Shown here: positions 1-8,221 of the stretch, in pieces
Layout of the letters: every line of letters begins with the position of its first letter
How positions within the stretch are numbered: the first letter of the stretch is position 1
From: a virus
Lineage: Duplodnaviria; Caudoviricetes
Length of the DNA: 52,958 bases
IMG/VR virus record: IMGVR_UViG_3300032241_000243
Coordinates: 1 to 52,958 of that record
Strand: one strand, 5' to 3'
Position numbers and translations under genes: made by a program
Notes under the pieces: generated by a model
What the model was told of the DNA's origin: nothing
Databases searched by the model: none
What the model saw: the letters and a program-made list of their open reading frames with translations, nothing else

Positions 1-168
1 AGAAGCATCAGAAGCATCATCAGAAGCATCTGCAGGAGCAGAAGCATCATCAGAAGCAACAGGTGCGTCTGTATCGGTGTTGTCGTCGCCTTCTAGATCA
101 GCAGCAAGTTCAGCAATATCTTCTGCAATTTCTTCTAGATCATTTTGGATATCGTCGAGGTTTGACAT
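1..168 (-). CDS. Acidic low-complexity protein, 5' part only (runs off the window edge)
   Basis: Read manually: ATG at 168 after AAAGGA; MSNLDDIQNDLEEIAEDIAELAADLEGDDNTDTDAPVASDDASAPADASDDASDAS..., open to base 1; not in ORF track. Confidence 0.75.
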   Translation of the reverse strand, partial: MSNLDDIQNDLEEIAEDIAELAADLEGDDNTDTDAPVASDDASAPADASDDASDAS

Positions 169-184
169 TGTATTTCCTTTCGTA

Positions 185-233
185 GTGCAAGTTACCTTGC
201 TAGAGTATTATCTCAAACAAAGTAACTTTGCAC
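185..233 (-). promoter_or_regulatory. Imperfect inverted repeat (hairpin) between nrdJ and the next gene, with a possible -10 element in the loop
   Basis: - strand GTGCAAAGTTACTTTG-N18-CAAGGTAACTTGCAC; loop contains ATAATACT. Confidence 0.45.
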
Positions 234-254
234 ACCTATCAACAAGGTTAACGT

Positions 255-2273
255 TTACTGATTATCTTTGATTAGTTTTACTTCACATGCGTCTGTGGTG
301 CAGTAACTTTCACCAATAGCATCAGCAGCCATGCCTGCATACACGCCCGCAAGATCAATAGGAAACAACTTCATTGTTCCTTCATCTTCGTATTGCTGTT
401 CTGTAATTTGTGTGTACGGCATCTGTGGGTAGACATCACTCATCATAGGCAAGAATGAAACAGTCTTTAGTTGTCCATCGTACATGTGAAGTGCAGTACC
501 GATTGCAGATGCTTCTGTCTCTGGGTCAAACGACACAGTGACAGACACAGAGTTGTCTGACCAGTAGCGTTGAGCAGTAGCAGCAAGAGCCATCTTCTCG
601 TAGATAGAGACATCCTTCTCAGAACGCTTTGCTTCGCTCTTGATTGGGAAGAAGACAACCGATGTACCCTTTGGATCCTCGTTTGCTGGCTCAATGCGGT
701 AGTTAGCCATCTGGAACAGAGTAAGCATTGGGTCGTTGTTACGGAAGCGGATAGCACGATTGAAGTACTTGCCACCTACAGTCCAGTGAACTCCTGGAGA
801 CTCACCAGCAAGGATAGAGACTGTTCCAGAAGGCTTAATGGTTGTGGTCTTAATAGACTCACGGATACCAAGCCACTCTGAGTAGGTCTTATCGTAGCCT
901 TGGATAACTTTGTAACCTTCATCCATCCAGTTACGAAGAACTGGAAGACCACGATTATCTGCAAAGTTTGCAACACCAGAGATAGATGTACCAATACGGC
1001 GGTTACGCTGCATGATGGCGTTTGTCTCTTCCCAGTGGGTAGGGATAAGAGTTACAGTCTTGGCATATAGGTAAGCGAACTTAAGAGTGCGCTTGAAATC
1101 TTCTAGGTCTGTATGGCGGTTGAGGTAAGTCTCTACCAAAGTACAGCACTCAAATGACTCAAGAGACTGCTCAGCGCAAGGGTTGTATCCAGCAATACGC
1201 CAGTCCTTGTTGTTCTCTGGGTCTGCTAGTCGTCCATACTTACGACTTACATCCATCCAGATAACTCCAGGCTCACCGTTTCTGGAGATACCCTCAATAA
1301 TGGGCGATAAATCTTGACCAACAGAAACTTCAACCGAGTTGTTACTCATCCAGCCGTAGGCGGCACGCTCTGGATAAAGGTTGTAGTTCTTAAGGTTGAG
1401 GAACTTCTCATCGTCAATGCGTCCCATCAACAACTCTGCTGAACGGCGAACGTTTCCAGAAACGACACAAACACCAATGCGGTTACCGATGTCAGCGATG
1501 TCAGTGCGAGTAAGTAACTCACCTGCACGTCCATCAAACATCCTTACTAGTTCTTGGTGGAACTCGATAAGTGAGTCGGGACCAGCAGCAGTGCCTCCGA
1601 AGGTCTTGATCGGTTCCCCTGCTGGACGGATTTGGCTGTAGTCAAAGACAGGGCGCTTCTGATCTGGCTTAAGGTAGGAATTGATGAGGGCTGCCGATGA
1701 CTCGACCCAACCTTCACGGGTATCTGGGATGACATAATCTTGTTCTCCTTGTGGTGCGTAGATGGTGAAGTCTTTATCTGCACCCTTATCATCAAATCCA
1801 ACTCCCACACCTAGCATGGATGCTTCCATGAGGAAGGCAAATGGTTTTGCTGGATCTGTTTTGGTCATAGACCCAGTGGAGACAAAGGCACAGTTCTGCA
1901 ACGCTGCAGAGTTACGTTGTTCATTAACAATCTTGGTACCCATGACCCATAAACCACGTCCTGGTGGTGTCCACTTCAACTCAAAGAGACGGTCAAAGGC
2001 TTCCTTGGCTGAGGCTGCTGCCTTGGCGTCTGACCATGGTAGGCGGTTCAACTTTGCGTGATCTTTTTGGAGCGAGTACATGCCGTTGATCACACGCTCG
2101 CATACGTCTACCCAAGTTTCCTTCGTACCATCTTCCTTCAGACGTGAATAGGTACGTAAAAAGGTAATCTCTCCAACCGAGTTTCCCGCAGCATCGCGGT
2201 AGCCAAAGGGCGGCTTCTTGGCGCGATACGGAGCAACAAACTCACTGGCTAACTGGAAAGAAAACATTGACAT
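255..2273 (-). CDS. nrdJ: Class II (adenosylcobalamin-dependent) ribonucleotide reductase, monomeric RTPR-like
   Basis: TFLRTYSR, WTPPGRGLW, LQNCAF, GNVRRSAE, NPCAEQ finger loop, TTIKPSGTVS, C-terminal CTTDAC redox pair. Confidence 0.95.
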   Translation of the reverse strand: MSMFSFQLASEFVAPYRAKKPPFGYRDAAGNSVGEITFLRTYSRLKEDGTKETWVDVCERVINGMYSLQKDHAKLNRLPWSDAKAAASAKEAFDRLFELKWTPPGRGLWVMGTKIVNEQRNSAALQNCAFVSTGSMTKTDPAKPFAFLMEASMLGVGVGFDDKGADKDFTIYAPQGEQDYVIPDTREGWVESSAALINSYLKPDQKRPVFDYSQIRPAGEPIKTFGGTAAGPDSLIEFHQELVRMFDGRAGELLTRTDIADIGNRIGVCVVSGNVRRSAELLMGRIDDEKFLNLKNYNLYPERAAYGWMSNNSVEVSVGQDLSPIIEGISRNGEPGVIWMDVSRKYGRLADPENNKDWRIAGYNPCAEQSLESFECCTLVETYLNRHTDLEDFKRTLKFAYLYAKTVTLIPTHWEETNAIMQRNRRIGTSISGVANFADNRGLPVLRNWMDEGYKVIQGYDKTYSEWLGIRESIKTTTIKPSGTVSILAGESPGVHWTVGGKYFNRAIRFRNNDPMLTLFQMANYRIEPANEDPKGTSVVFFPIKSEAKRSEKDVSIYEKMALAATAQRYWSDNSVSVTVSFDPETEASAIGTALHMYDGQLKTVSFLPMMSDVYPQMPYTQITEQQYEDEGTMKLFPIDLAGVYAGMAADAIGESYCTTDACEVKLIKDNQ

Positions 2274-2419
2274 GTTGGTACCCTATTTCTCTAATTGTGT
2301 AAATACCCCTACATGGGGAGTCCCCTATTGTGCTGCGGATTAACCTAGTGCATAGGTGGTAATAAGCAAAATCGTAAAATACCTACAGTGTTGCTAAACG
2401 CCAAAACTTGCTACCACCA

Positions 2420-2440
2420 TGGTTCATGTGCTATGAACCA
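2420..2440. terminator. Perfect 8-bp hairpin just downstream of the NTase/HAD/TGT-like operon
   Basis: TGGTTCAT-GTGCT-ATGAACCA, 16 nt past the stop at 2457; no clear U-tract, so terminator role is uncertain. Confidence 0.35.
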
Positions 2441-3113
2441 CTGTTATCAGATACAACTATTCTTCGATAGAAGACTGAATGATCTTAGTAACTTGGTCTT
2501 CCTTCAGTGGTTGCGGTAGGTCTTTGAGTGCCTGAGCACGGTCTCCAAAGATAGCAGACAGAACCCCACTTGAAGACTGACGGCTTGCGGTGATCTGAAT
2601 AAACTCTTTATTGGACTCCATGTCATTGACATTAGCCACCAACTTCATGAGTCGATCTACTTCTTGGCTAAGGTTAGGGTCTGCATAGCCACCGTTCATT
2701 TCTTCTGCAAAACGCATAAAAGCCACTCTTTGACCCTGCATTTCAATCATTGCAGTCAATAACGCCTTAAGTTGATCCTTGGTCTTTACCTCTACAGGAA
2801 GGTTAAAACTACACATGGTATCGGGCTTAAAGGCTGGGCAGTTCGCTGCTACGAAGCAGGTATTGCACTGGCGCAGTGAAGAACTTTGGTTCTGGATTAC
2901 TGGTACATCCTTCAAAACGTCTTTGCCATCGTCGTCAGTTTCAACGATCGTCTTCATCTTGTAACCAAAGACAGGTAGGTTTTGGATCTCAGAAGGGTCT
3001 CTTGGAACTACTTTTGTAGCCTCGTTTTTCCGCATAGGAGCGTCACTATTATCAGAAGCGCTGAGATCTAATCCCATTAAACCCGACATGAACTGATCGC
3101 TGTTATCAGATAC
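2439..3113. repeat. Three copies of C(A/G)CT(G/A)TTATCAGA(TAC) at 2439-2454, 3044-3056 and 3098-3113
   Basis: 14-bp exact match CTGTTATCAGATAC at 2441-2454 and 3100-3113; a third copy with one mismatch at 3044-3056. Confidence 0.7.
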
Positions 3114-3959
3114 TTCAGACTTTTTACCGCCCTCAATAATGTGAAGATCGGGAGTTTTCTTATCCATGGATGACTCCAATTGCTTGTAAGACCAAACTGC
3201 AACTTTGGTCGCTTCGAGGGTACTATCTGTAATGAACTCTGAATAGTCTAGTCCAGCCTGCTCCACAATACGCTTGTAACGTGGTCTGGCTTGATCCTTC
3301 ATCTTCTTCGGATAACGGACGATCTTACTGCCATCCCATACGATTGTCTCGCCACGTCGCATAGGTGACAGCCATGACAATGTGCTTGCTGTATCAAATG
3401 GTATCTGCCTCAGATTGTCAGGCTTGGCACATCCAAGGGCATGGAACGAGGTGCCGTACTGCCTCTCATACAGCCTTGTAAAACTTGCTAGGTTGGTTAC
3501 AGACTCGATCTCAGCGTTAGGGATAACGACATTGTCGTACTTCAATGCCATGGCTTTGAGGGCTGGCAGTCCGTAGGACTCATGCCAGATCACATGCAAC
3601 TTAGGGTCATTTTCAAAGAATGAACGCTGTGTCTCAATCCACTCTTGACCTAGAACTTGGGAATCAAACTCTTGAAATCCTGCTGCCCTGTCTGCGTTAT
3701 TGACTAGGAACTCTTGGTACTCTGCTGCGTACTCCAACAGTTCTGCCTTAGACAACCCAGCCTTGTCTGCTTGGGATGCACCCGACTCTATGTACACTGT
3801 AGTTTCTGGAAGGAAATGCTCAGATATTAGCCAAGTCTTGTGTTTTGGTAATCCGCGCTTTTTTAATCCCCAGAAGTTAAGTCCCATGTACTGGACGTTC
3901 TGACCCTCTAACAGTGTGCGGTTTGAGCCAACCTCTACCCCTGAAAAGATAATCTTAAT
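2457..3959 (-). CDS. Degenerate TGT/DpdA-like TIM-barrel protein fused to a C-terminal Cys-cluster/helical domain; probable ATT start at 3959 (first ATG is at 3887)
   Basis: VYIESGA resembles DSG; FHALG...LRQIPFDTASTLSW resembles HxLG...SxDSxxW; C-terminal CNTC-x5-C-x8-C; frame open to 3959 behind a GGAG. Confidence 0.5.
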   Translation of the reverse strand: MKIIFSGVEVGSNRTLLEGQNVQYMGLNFWGLKKRGLPKHKTWLISEHFLPETTVYIESGASQADKAGLSKAELLEYAAEYQEFLVNNADRAAGFQEFDSQVLGQEWIETQRSFFENDPKLHVIWHESYGLPALKAMALKYDNVVIPNAEIESVTNLASFTRLYERQYGTSFHALGCAKPDNLRQIPFDTASTLSWLSPMRRGETIVWDGSKIVRYPKKMKDQARPRYKRIVEQAGLDYSEFITDSTLEATKVAVWSYKQLESSMDKKTPDLHIIEGGKKSEVSDNSDQFMSGLMGLDLSASDNSDAPMRKNEATKVVPRDPSEIQNLPVFGYKMKTIVETDDDGKDVLKDVPVIQNQSSSLRQCNTCFVAANCPAFKPDTMCSFNLPVEVKTKDQLKALLTAMIEMQGQRVAFMRFAEEMNGGYADPNLSQEVDRLMKLVANVNDMESNKEFIQITASRQSSSGVLSAIFGDRAQALKDLPQPLKEDQVTKIIQSSIEE

Positions 3960-4446
3960 CTGAGTACTCCCCGATGTCGTTTGTTGGGGTCATGCGGTCT
4001 TTAGCACGGGCTACGTTCACTCGGTCTACAGCCTCTACGATTTGATCCCATGTACGGAACTTCTTAGGGGCGTTAGGGCGGTGCTCTACTTTCGCGTAAG
4101 ACGGATGATTTACTAGGACACTAGTTACGCGCTGCTCCTCGAATACCCACGCACACATGGCAGGATCAGAGTCAATGTACATCTCTACAGGGGCATGGCT
4201 ACGAGCGATCTTAAACTGACGTTGCTTTAGATCGTCACCTTCTAACCGAAGGGAGTTGTCAATCAAATCATCATAGTTAATGATTCCATGCGAGTGCAAC
4301 CAGTGAGTTGCATCGTCCTTGTCACGCGCAGTAAGCAGGGTGACTCGATGCCCTGCAGTTAGTGCGTAGTAAAGAGTGATCCCTGCTGGAATCGGTTCTC
4401 CTGTATCCGAACAAATTACTCCGTCTAAATTCACCAATGTATTCAC
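3955..4446 (-). CDS. HAD-superfamily protein, PNKP 3'-phosphatase-like, with the motif I Asp replaced by Asn
   Basis: LVNLDGVI (normally DxDG), LLTAR (motif II), WL..HGI..D.LI, K, MYIDSD (motif IV). Confidence 0.7.
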   Translation of the reverse strand: MNTLVNLDGVICSDTGEPIPAGITLYYALTAGHRVTLLTARDKDDATHWLHSHGIINYDDLIDNSLRLEGDDLKQRQFKIARSHAPVEMYIDSDPAMCAWVFEEQRVTSVLVNHPSYAKVEHRPNAPKKFRTWDQIVEAVDRVNVARAKDRMTPTNDIGEYSD

Positions 4447-4449
4447 GTT

Positions 4450-5388
4450 TTATCCTTTGTTTCTGTATGTCGCCGCTCTACGAATAAGTGTTGATGTATC
4501 TGGTAGTTCTACGCCATAGTTCTTTTCTGCAGTACCTTCGTTGTATGCTTTGAGGTAGTCATGAAGGCTGCGTAGTGCAGGTACCGTTCCGTACTTTTTA
4601 CCAGCCTGCCAACGATAGTTGTAGAAGTCTGCATAACCCATACCGCTTTTACTGAATGCATACTTGCGACCAGTATGGATACTGTCGTACAGTGCAGAGG
4701 CTTGTTCTAGTGCTAACTGCAAACGGCTCTCTGCGTTACGACGTGAGGCATCATTCTGAGCACCTTGAAAGTCTGCTAGTGCCTTTGAGTAGCGAGAAAC
4801 AATGTCTTGAGCAACCTTTGCATCACGCTCTGCGTTGGTGTCCCACACTTTATTTTGAGGTGCACCCTCATGCGAAGGAACCACTGTCCACTCATTATGA
4901 GTAAGATCGTAAGCAGCGTAAGGGTTGATACTACGAATGTCTGTAGCCCCTGGGTTTACATAGAATGTAACTTCGTACCCATTCCAGTCTGCAGTCTCTG
5001 GGTAAAGATGTTCGCGAAACTCTTCGTTCAACATCTGGCTGATTTCAGCATCACCAAGACCTGAGTATTCTGGGTTAGATCTACGAAACTTTATGTAGTC
5101 AATACCGATCAAAACATCTAGATCTCCAGGCTGACGTGCTGCAGACCACTGGTAAGAAACTCCAGAACCTGCAATCCACACATGTGTCCAAGTATCTGCG
5201 TGTCGGTAGACCTCATGTAAGAAGTCAAACAATAACTGCAAAAGACCATTACGTACCCATCCCTTGAGTTGGGTACCAGAAAATAACTTAGGGTCAAGAT
5301 CCGCTTCAGGCGCAGAAAAGTACGAGGTAGCACCTTGCTCCAGATTGACTGGCTGAAGGTACTTGTCTAGACCATCTGGGCGATTCAT
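4450..5388 (-). CDS. Pol-beta superfamily nucleotidyltransferase
   Basis: WIAGSGVSYQW...GDLDVLI (GS + DxD), YEVTFYV (third carboxylate), AAYDL..NEW. Confidence 0.8.
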   Translation of the reverse strand: MNRPDGLDKYLQPVNLEQGATSYFSAPEADLDPKLFSGTQLKGWVRNGLLQLLFDFLHEVYRHADTWTHVWIAGSGVSYQWSAARQPGDLDVLIGIDYIKFRRSNPEYSGLGDAEISQMLNEEFREHLYPETADWNGYEVTFYVNPGATDIRSINPYAAYDLTHNEWTVVPSHEGAPQNKVWDTNAERDAKVAQDIVSRYSKALADFQGAQNDASRRNAESRLQLALEQASALYDSIHTGRKYAFSKSGMGYADFYNYRWQAGKKYGTVPALRSLHDYLKAYNEGTAEKNYGVELPDTSTLIRRAATYRNKG

Positions 5389-5394
5389 ACCCTA

Positions 5395-5400
5395 AGTCTA
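5395..5400 (-). promoter_or_regulatory. Putative -10 (TAGACT) of a leaderless transcript
   Basis: TANNNT 6 nt before the ATG at 5388. Confidence 0.55.
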
Positions 5401-5679
5401 TTAGTTTTTGTCGGGTTCTATGCCTCTATCGCGTAACGCATCAGCAAGTTTTGCCTTAATTTCAGCATTAGGATCTGCAGGAGTAAGGCGCTCTACAACC
5501 ATCTGAGCGACCATATCAGCCATCATTTTGTGATCAATGTTAGAGAACAACTCTTTGCTGGTTGTGTAGATGTCGTATGCAGTAGGTTTACGAGAAATAA
5601 CGCCCTCTTGGGCTTCCATACCTTGGGTGTTGATGGTTCCATCGTCATTGACAGTTACAACATACTGAAATGTAATCAT
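5401..5679 (-). CDS. Hypothetical protein
   Basis: 92-aa ORF; GGAGG RBS; ATGA overlap with the upstream gene. Confidence 0.7.
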   Translation of the reverse strand: MITFQYVVTVNDDGTINTQGMEAQEGVISRKPTAYDIYTTSKELFSNIDHKMMADMVAQMVVERLTPADPNAEIKAKLADALRDRGIEPDKN

Positions 5680-6230
5680 GCTAGGCCTCCTAGTAGTTTT
5701 TGCTTACGGGTGTTTACTGCAACTGCCACTGGGCAGAAATCGCATAGGTAGGTCTTTGGACCCGCTTCGTCTTGATAACGAGCCATGCCTTCTGCTTTGC
5801 GTTCTTTTGCGGTTTTAGGTACGAGCATCTTGTGCTTTGAGTGCCAGTCATCGCAGCCTTCTTTTGGCTTATTGTGCTGGCGATAGCATGCCATAGCGTC
5901 GTCCATAAATGTTGAACGTGAGTCATAGTAGGTCTCATCAAGTTCTGCAAGACCCTTAGAACCACCGCCTTTAATCTGGCGAATGATCTCTCTTTTAGAC
6001 TCTGTCTTTGCCCAATACTTTAATGGCAGTACATACAACTTGCCTTTGTGTGGCTCACCAGATGGGAAGATGTGAACTTCACAAGCAATTTCAAGTAGAG
6101 TGTCTTGATCAGACGGCCCCTCGTAAGGAGGCAACTCTTCGAGAGTATCGCAAACCAAGCAGTGAAGTAAACGAAAGACTGGGTCAGTAGGTTGCTGTTG
6201 ACGCTGACCCAAAATAGGCACGTTTGCCAT
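5676..6230 (-). CDS. Hypothetical Cys/His-rich (probable Zn-binding) protein
   Basis: HCLVCD...H...H and CYRQH...C...CDFC; AAGGAG RBS. Confidence 0.7.
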   Translation of the reverse strand: MANVPILGQRQQQPTDPVFRLLHCLVCDTLEELPPYEGPSDQDTLLEIACEVHIFPSGEPHKGKLYVLPLKYWAKTESKREIIRQIKGGGSKGLAELDETYYDSRSTFMDDAMACYRQHNKPKEGCDDWHSKHKMLVPKTAKERKAEGMARYQDEAGPKTYLCDFCPVAVAVNTRKQKLLGGLA

Positions 6231-6280
6231 GTAAATGCTCCTTGTAGTAGTCCAGGTACCCTATCATACCCTGCAAAAAG

Positions 6281-6643
6281 TTAGTCAGGGTTTCTTGGAG
6301 TCCAAGTAACGTCGTGTACTGAAGAGTCAGGCATAAATCCAGCCAATCCACCTTTGTCCTGAGAATAGAGGTGAATACCAGACTCTCCTGCTTCATTTTT
6401 TCCAGGAACTGCTCGTGCAAAAGTTCCTACATGTAACTCAGAACTGTCTGCTACACCTTCAGGGTGTTGCTTCCAAACATTGATGTTGTAGTTAGAAGGG
6501 TTCTGACCCATGTGAGTGTCATTATGAAAGTAGTTCATCTTTGCACTGGCAGAAGAGAACATCTTGTCTGAAAAGCCTTGACCGTAAAGTTTAGTCCCTA
6601 CAGCACGCTCTGGTCCACCACGATTAGGTACTGGATTAATCAT
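6281..6643 (-). CDS. Hypothetical protein with an N-terminal VPNRGGPER motif
   Basis: 120-aa ORF in a tightly packed cluster. Confidence 0.65.
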   Translation of the reverse strand: MINPVPNRGGPERAVGTKLYGQGFSDKMFSSASAKMNYFHNDTHMGQNPSNYNINVWKQHPEGVADSSELHVGTFARAVPGKNEAGESGIHLYSQDKGGLAGFMPDSSVHDVTWTPRNPD

Positions 6644-6645
6644 AG

Positions 6646-6876
6646 TTATTTACCTTCTTCTTTAGGTGCCTTTGGGTTGTTGTCATACTCAGGCATTGCC
6701 CATCCACCCATATTTGGCATGTGTTTTTTTAGGTCAGAACCATGAGGTTGACCTGAACGATACCCTTTAGGGCTTAACCAACGAACATCAGCAGTATGGC
6801 TGTAGTCACCATTTGCGTGATAAAAGTTAATTTTACGCTTTGGATTATCCCCACGATCAGGAACGATTGTTGGCAT
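6646..6876 (-). CDS. Hypothetical protein with an N-terminal VPDRGDNPKR motif
   Basis: 76-aa ORF, 2-nt spacing to both neighbours. Confidence 0.65.
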   Translation of the reverse strand: MPTIVPDRGDNPKRKINFYHANGDYSHTADVRWLSPKGYRSGQPHGSDLKKHMPNMGGWAMPEYDNNPKAPKEEGK

Positions 6877-6878
6877 GA

Positions 6879-7085
6879 TTACTTACCTGGGTTTACCTTG
6901 TTTGGGTACTCAGATGTAATGAAGTCATAACCCCAGAATGGATTAAGGGTTTGGCGATCAGCCAGTGTCTGCTCATTCCCTGCACCTGGGATTACCTCAG
7001 TGTCTGGGCGAGCCTTGCGATATTTACCATCAGTTGCGCCAGCATCGAGTGACTGGTTCATTGATCGTGATGAGTTAACTGCCAT
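6879..7085 (-). CDS. Hypothetical protein
   Basis: 68-aa ORF with a TAATG overlap. Confidence 0.65.
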   Translation of the reverse strand: MAVNSSRSMNQSLDAGATDGKYRKARPDTEVIPGAGNEQTLADRQTLNPFWGYDFITSEYPNKVNPGK

Positions 7086-7312
7086 TATGCCATCTTACCT
7101 TTCACTCGTGCCACTTTACTCTGGTTAAGGCAATCAAAGCAGTGACCTTTATTAGTCATAAATTCTACTGGATTCATAATTACTCCGCAGGTTGGACATG
7201 GAGCAGATCCATTGTATCGAATGGCGTTTTGCATGATCTGCTTTGCTTGCAGATCCATGGTCAAATTGCCGCTATCGTCACCTGTTCCTGGCATTTTTCT
7301 CTCTTTCTCCAT
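7085..7312 (-). CDS. Small Zn-ribbon protein
   Basis: CPTC...CFDC. Confidence 0.65.
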   Translation of the reverse strand: MEKERKMPGTGDDSGNLTMDLQAKQIMQNAIRYNGSAPCPTCGVIMNPVEFMTNKGHCFDCLNQSKVARVKGKMA

Positions 7313-7859
7313 GCTCTCTAGCCTGAGTCATACCTGTGTCGTAGTCAGGTACTTCAGGAGTGCTTCCTGGTCGGTAAGACTTTCCTGAGTTCATCTCTCG
7401 TGCAACTGAACGATCTGCACCAAGAAATGCCACATCTGGTCGTCCTTGACGGCTGACCTTCCAACGAGGTGGCTTGTACTCTTCGTTCCACTGTACATGA
7501 GATAGTGCTCTAAATCCGCCTTTGCCGTACATCTCTGGCAACTTAGGGTCAAATGCTGAGGCGTGGGTTGCTCCACCGAGTAATGCAGCGTGCTCTGCTG
7601 CATGGCGGGCTACATCTCTGTATGGAGAATCAGGGTGCTTGAACACCGAGGTAAGTTCTCCAGAAGGGTGGACTGCGTAACCAGCCAAACCATCGTTAGT
7701 CATAAACATACGCGCTTTTTTGTAGTCTGCTACCTTGTGTACGTCTACAGCCGCGCCATTAGGGTTTGCGTTTCGTGCGCGTTGTAGGTGCGCTTTGAAC
7801 ATACCTGCATCTTCAGGTTGTAGTTCATTAAAGTGTGGGAAACCATCTTCTCGTGACAT
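7278..7859 (-). CDS. GNAT-fold acetyltransferase-like protein of the kind found in phage polyvalent proteins
   Basis: DGLAGYAVHPSGELTSVF...AFDPKLPEMYGKGGF...WNEEYKP.RW...RPDVAF; the Y..GF pattern is typical of GNAT. Confidence 0.55.
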   Translation of the reverse strand: MSREDGFPHFNELQPEDAGMFKAHLQRARNANPNGAAVDVHKVADYKKARMFMTNDGLAGYAVHPSGELTSVFKHPDSPYRDVARHAAEHAALLGGATHASAFDPKLPEMYGKGGFRALSHVQWNEEYKPPRWKVSRQGRPDVAFLGADRSVAREMNSGKSYRPGSTPEVPDYDTGMTQAREHGEREKNARNR

Positions 7860-8221
7860 TAGTTATTTCCTAAGTCGTTACGGCTGCTGCCACTATAACC
7901 AGCAGGGGATCCTGAATACCAAGAAATGCGAGGCTCTTGGTAGTTTCTGTCAATACTGACAATGTCTTCAATTCCAGGTTGAACGCGAGGGCCATAACCA
8001 TAACGATCTGGAAACAAACGGATCTGTGGAAGAGGTGGTCGAACCATTGCCTGAATATCTGCTGCAGGGATAGTTGCTACCATCAATGCTTGAGAAGTTA
8101 GGCGCTCCATGTTGCTCGACCAAGGACCGTTGTAAGACCACTTCTTTGCTACTTGATCAGGCTGTACAGGTGCACGCCATGGCTTGGTGTAATCGTAATT
8201 GCCATCAAATGTCTGTGTCAC
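7859..8221 (-). CDS. Hypothetical protein, Pro/Tyr-rich, possibly virion-associated
   Basis: 120-aa ORF overlapping its neighbours' stop and start codons. Confidence 0.65.
   Translation of the reverse strand: MTQTFDGNYDYTKPWRAPVQPDQVAKKWSYNGPWSSNMERLTSQALMVATIPAADIQAMVRPPLPQIRLFPDRYGYGPRVQPGIEDIVSIDRNYQEPRISWYSGSPAGYSGSSRNDLGNN

Noticed and set aside
1-60. AGAAGCATC tandem repeats as a mini-CRISPR or origin
   Set aside because: Explained by the (D)DAS low-complexity peptide of the acidic ORF.
2274-2456. Cobalamin riboswitch or NrdR box upstream of the B12-dependent nrdJ
   Set aside because: Some pairing is possible (GGTGGTA/TACCACC) and there is a CCCC-TACAT-GGGG palindrome, but no B12-box is visible on the coding strand and the NrdR consensus match is poor in the right half. 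An Infernal scan would settle it.
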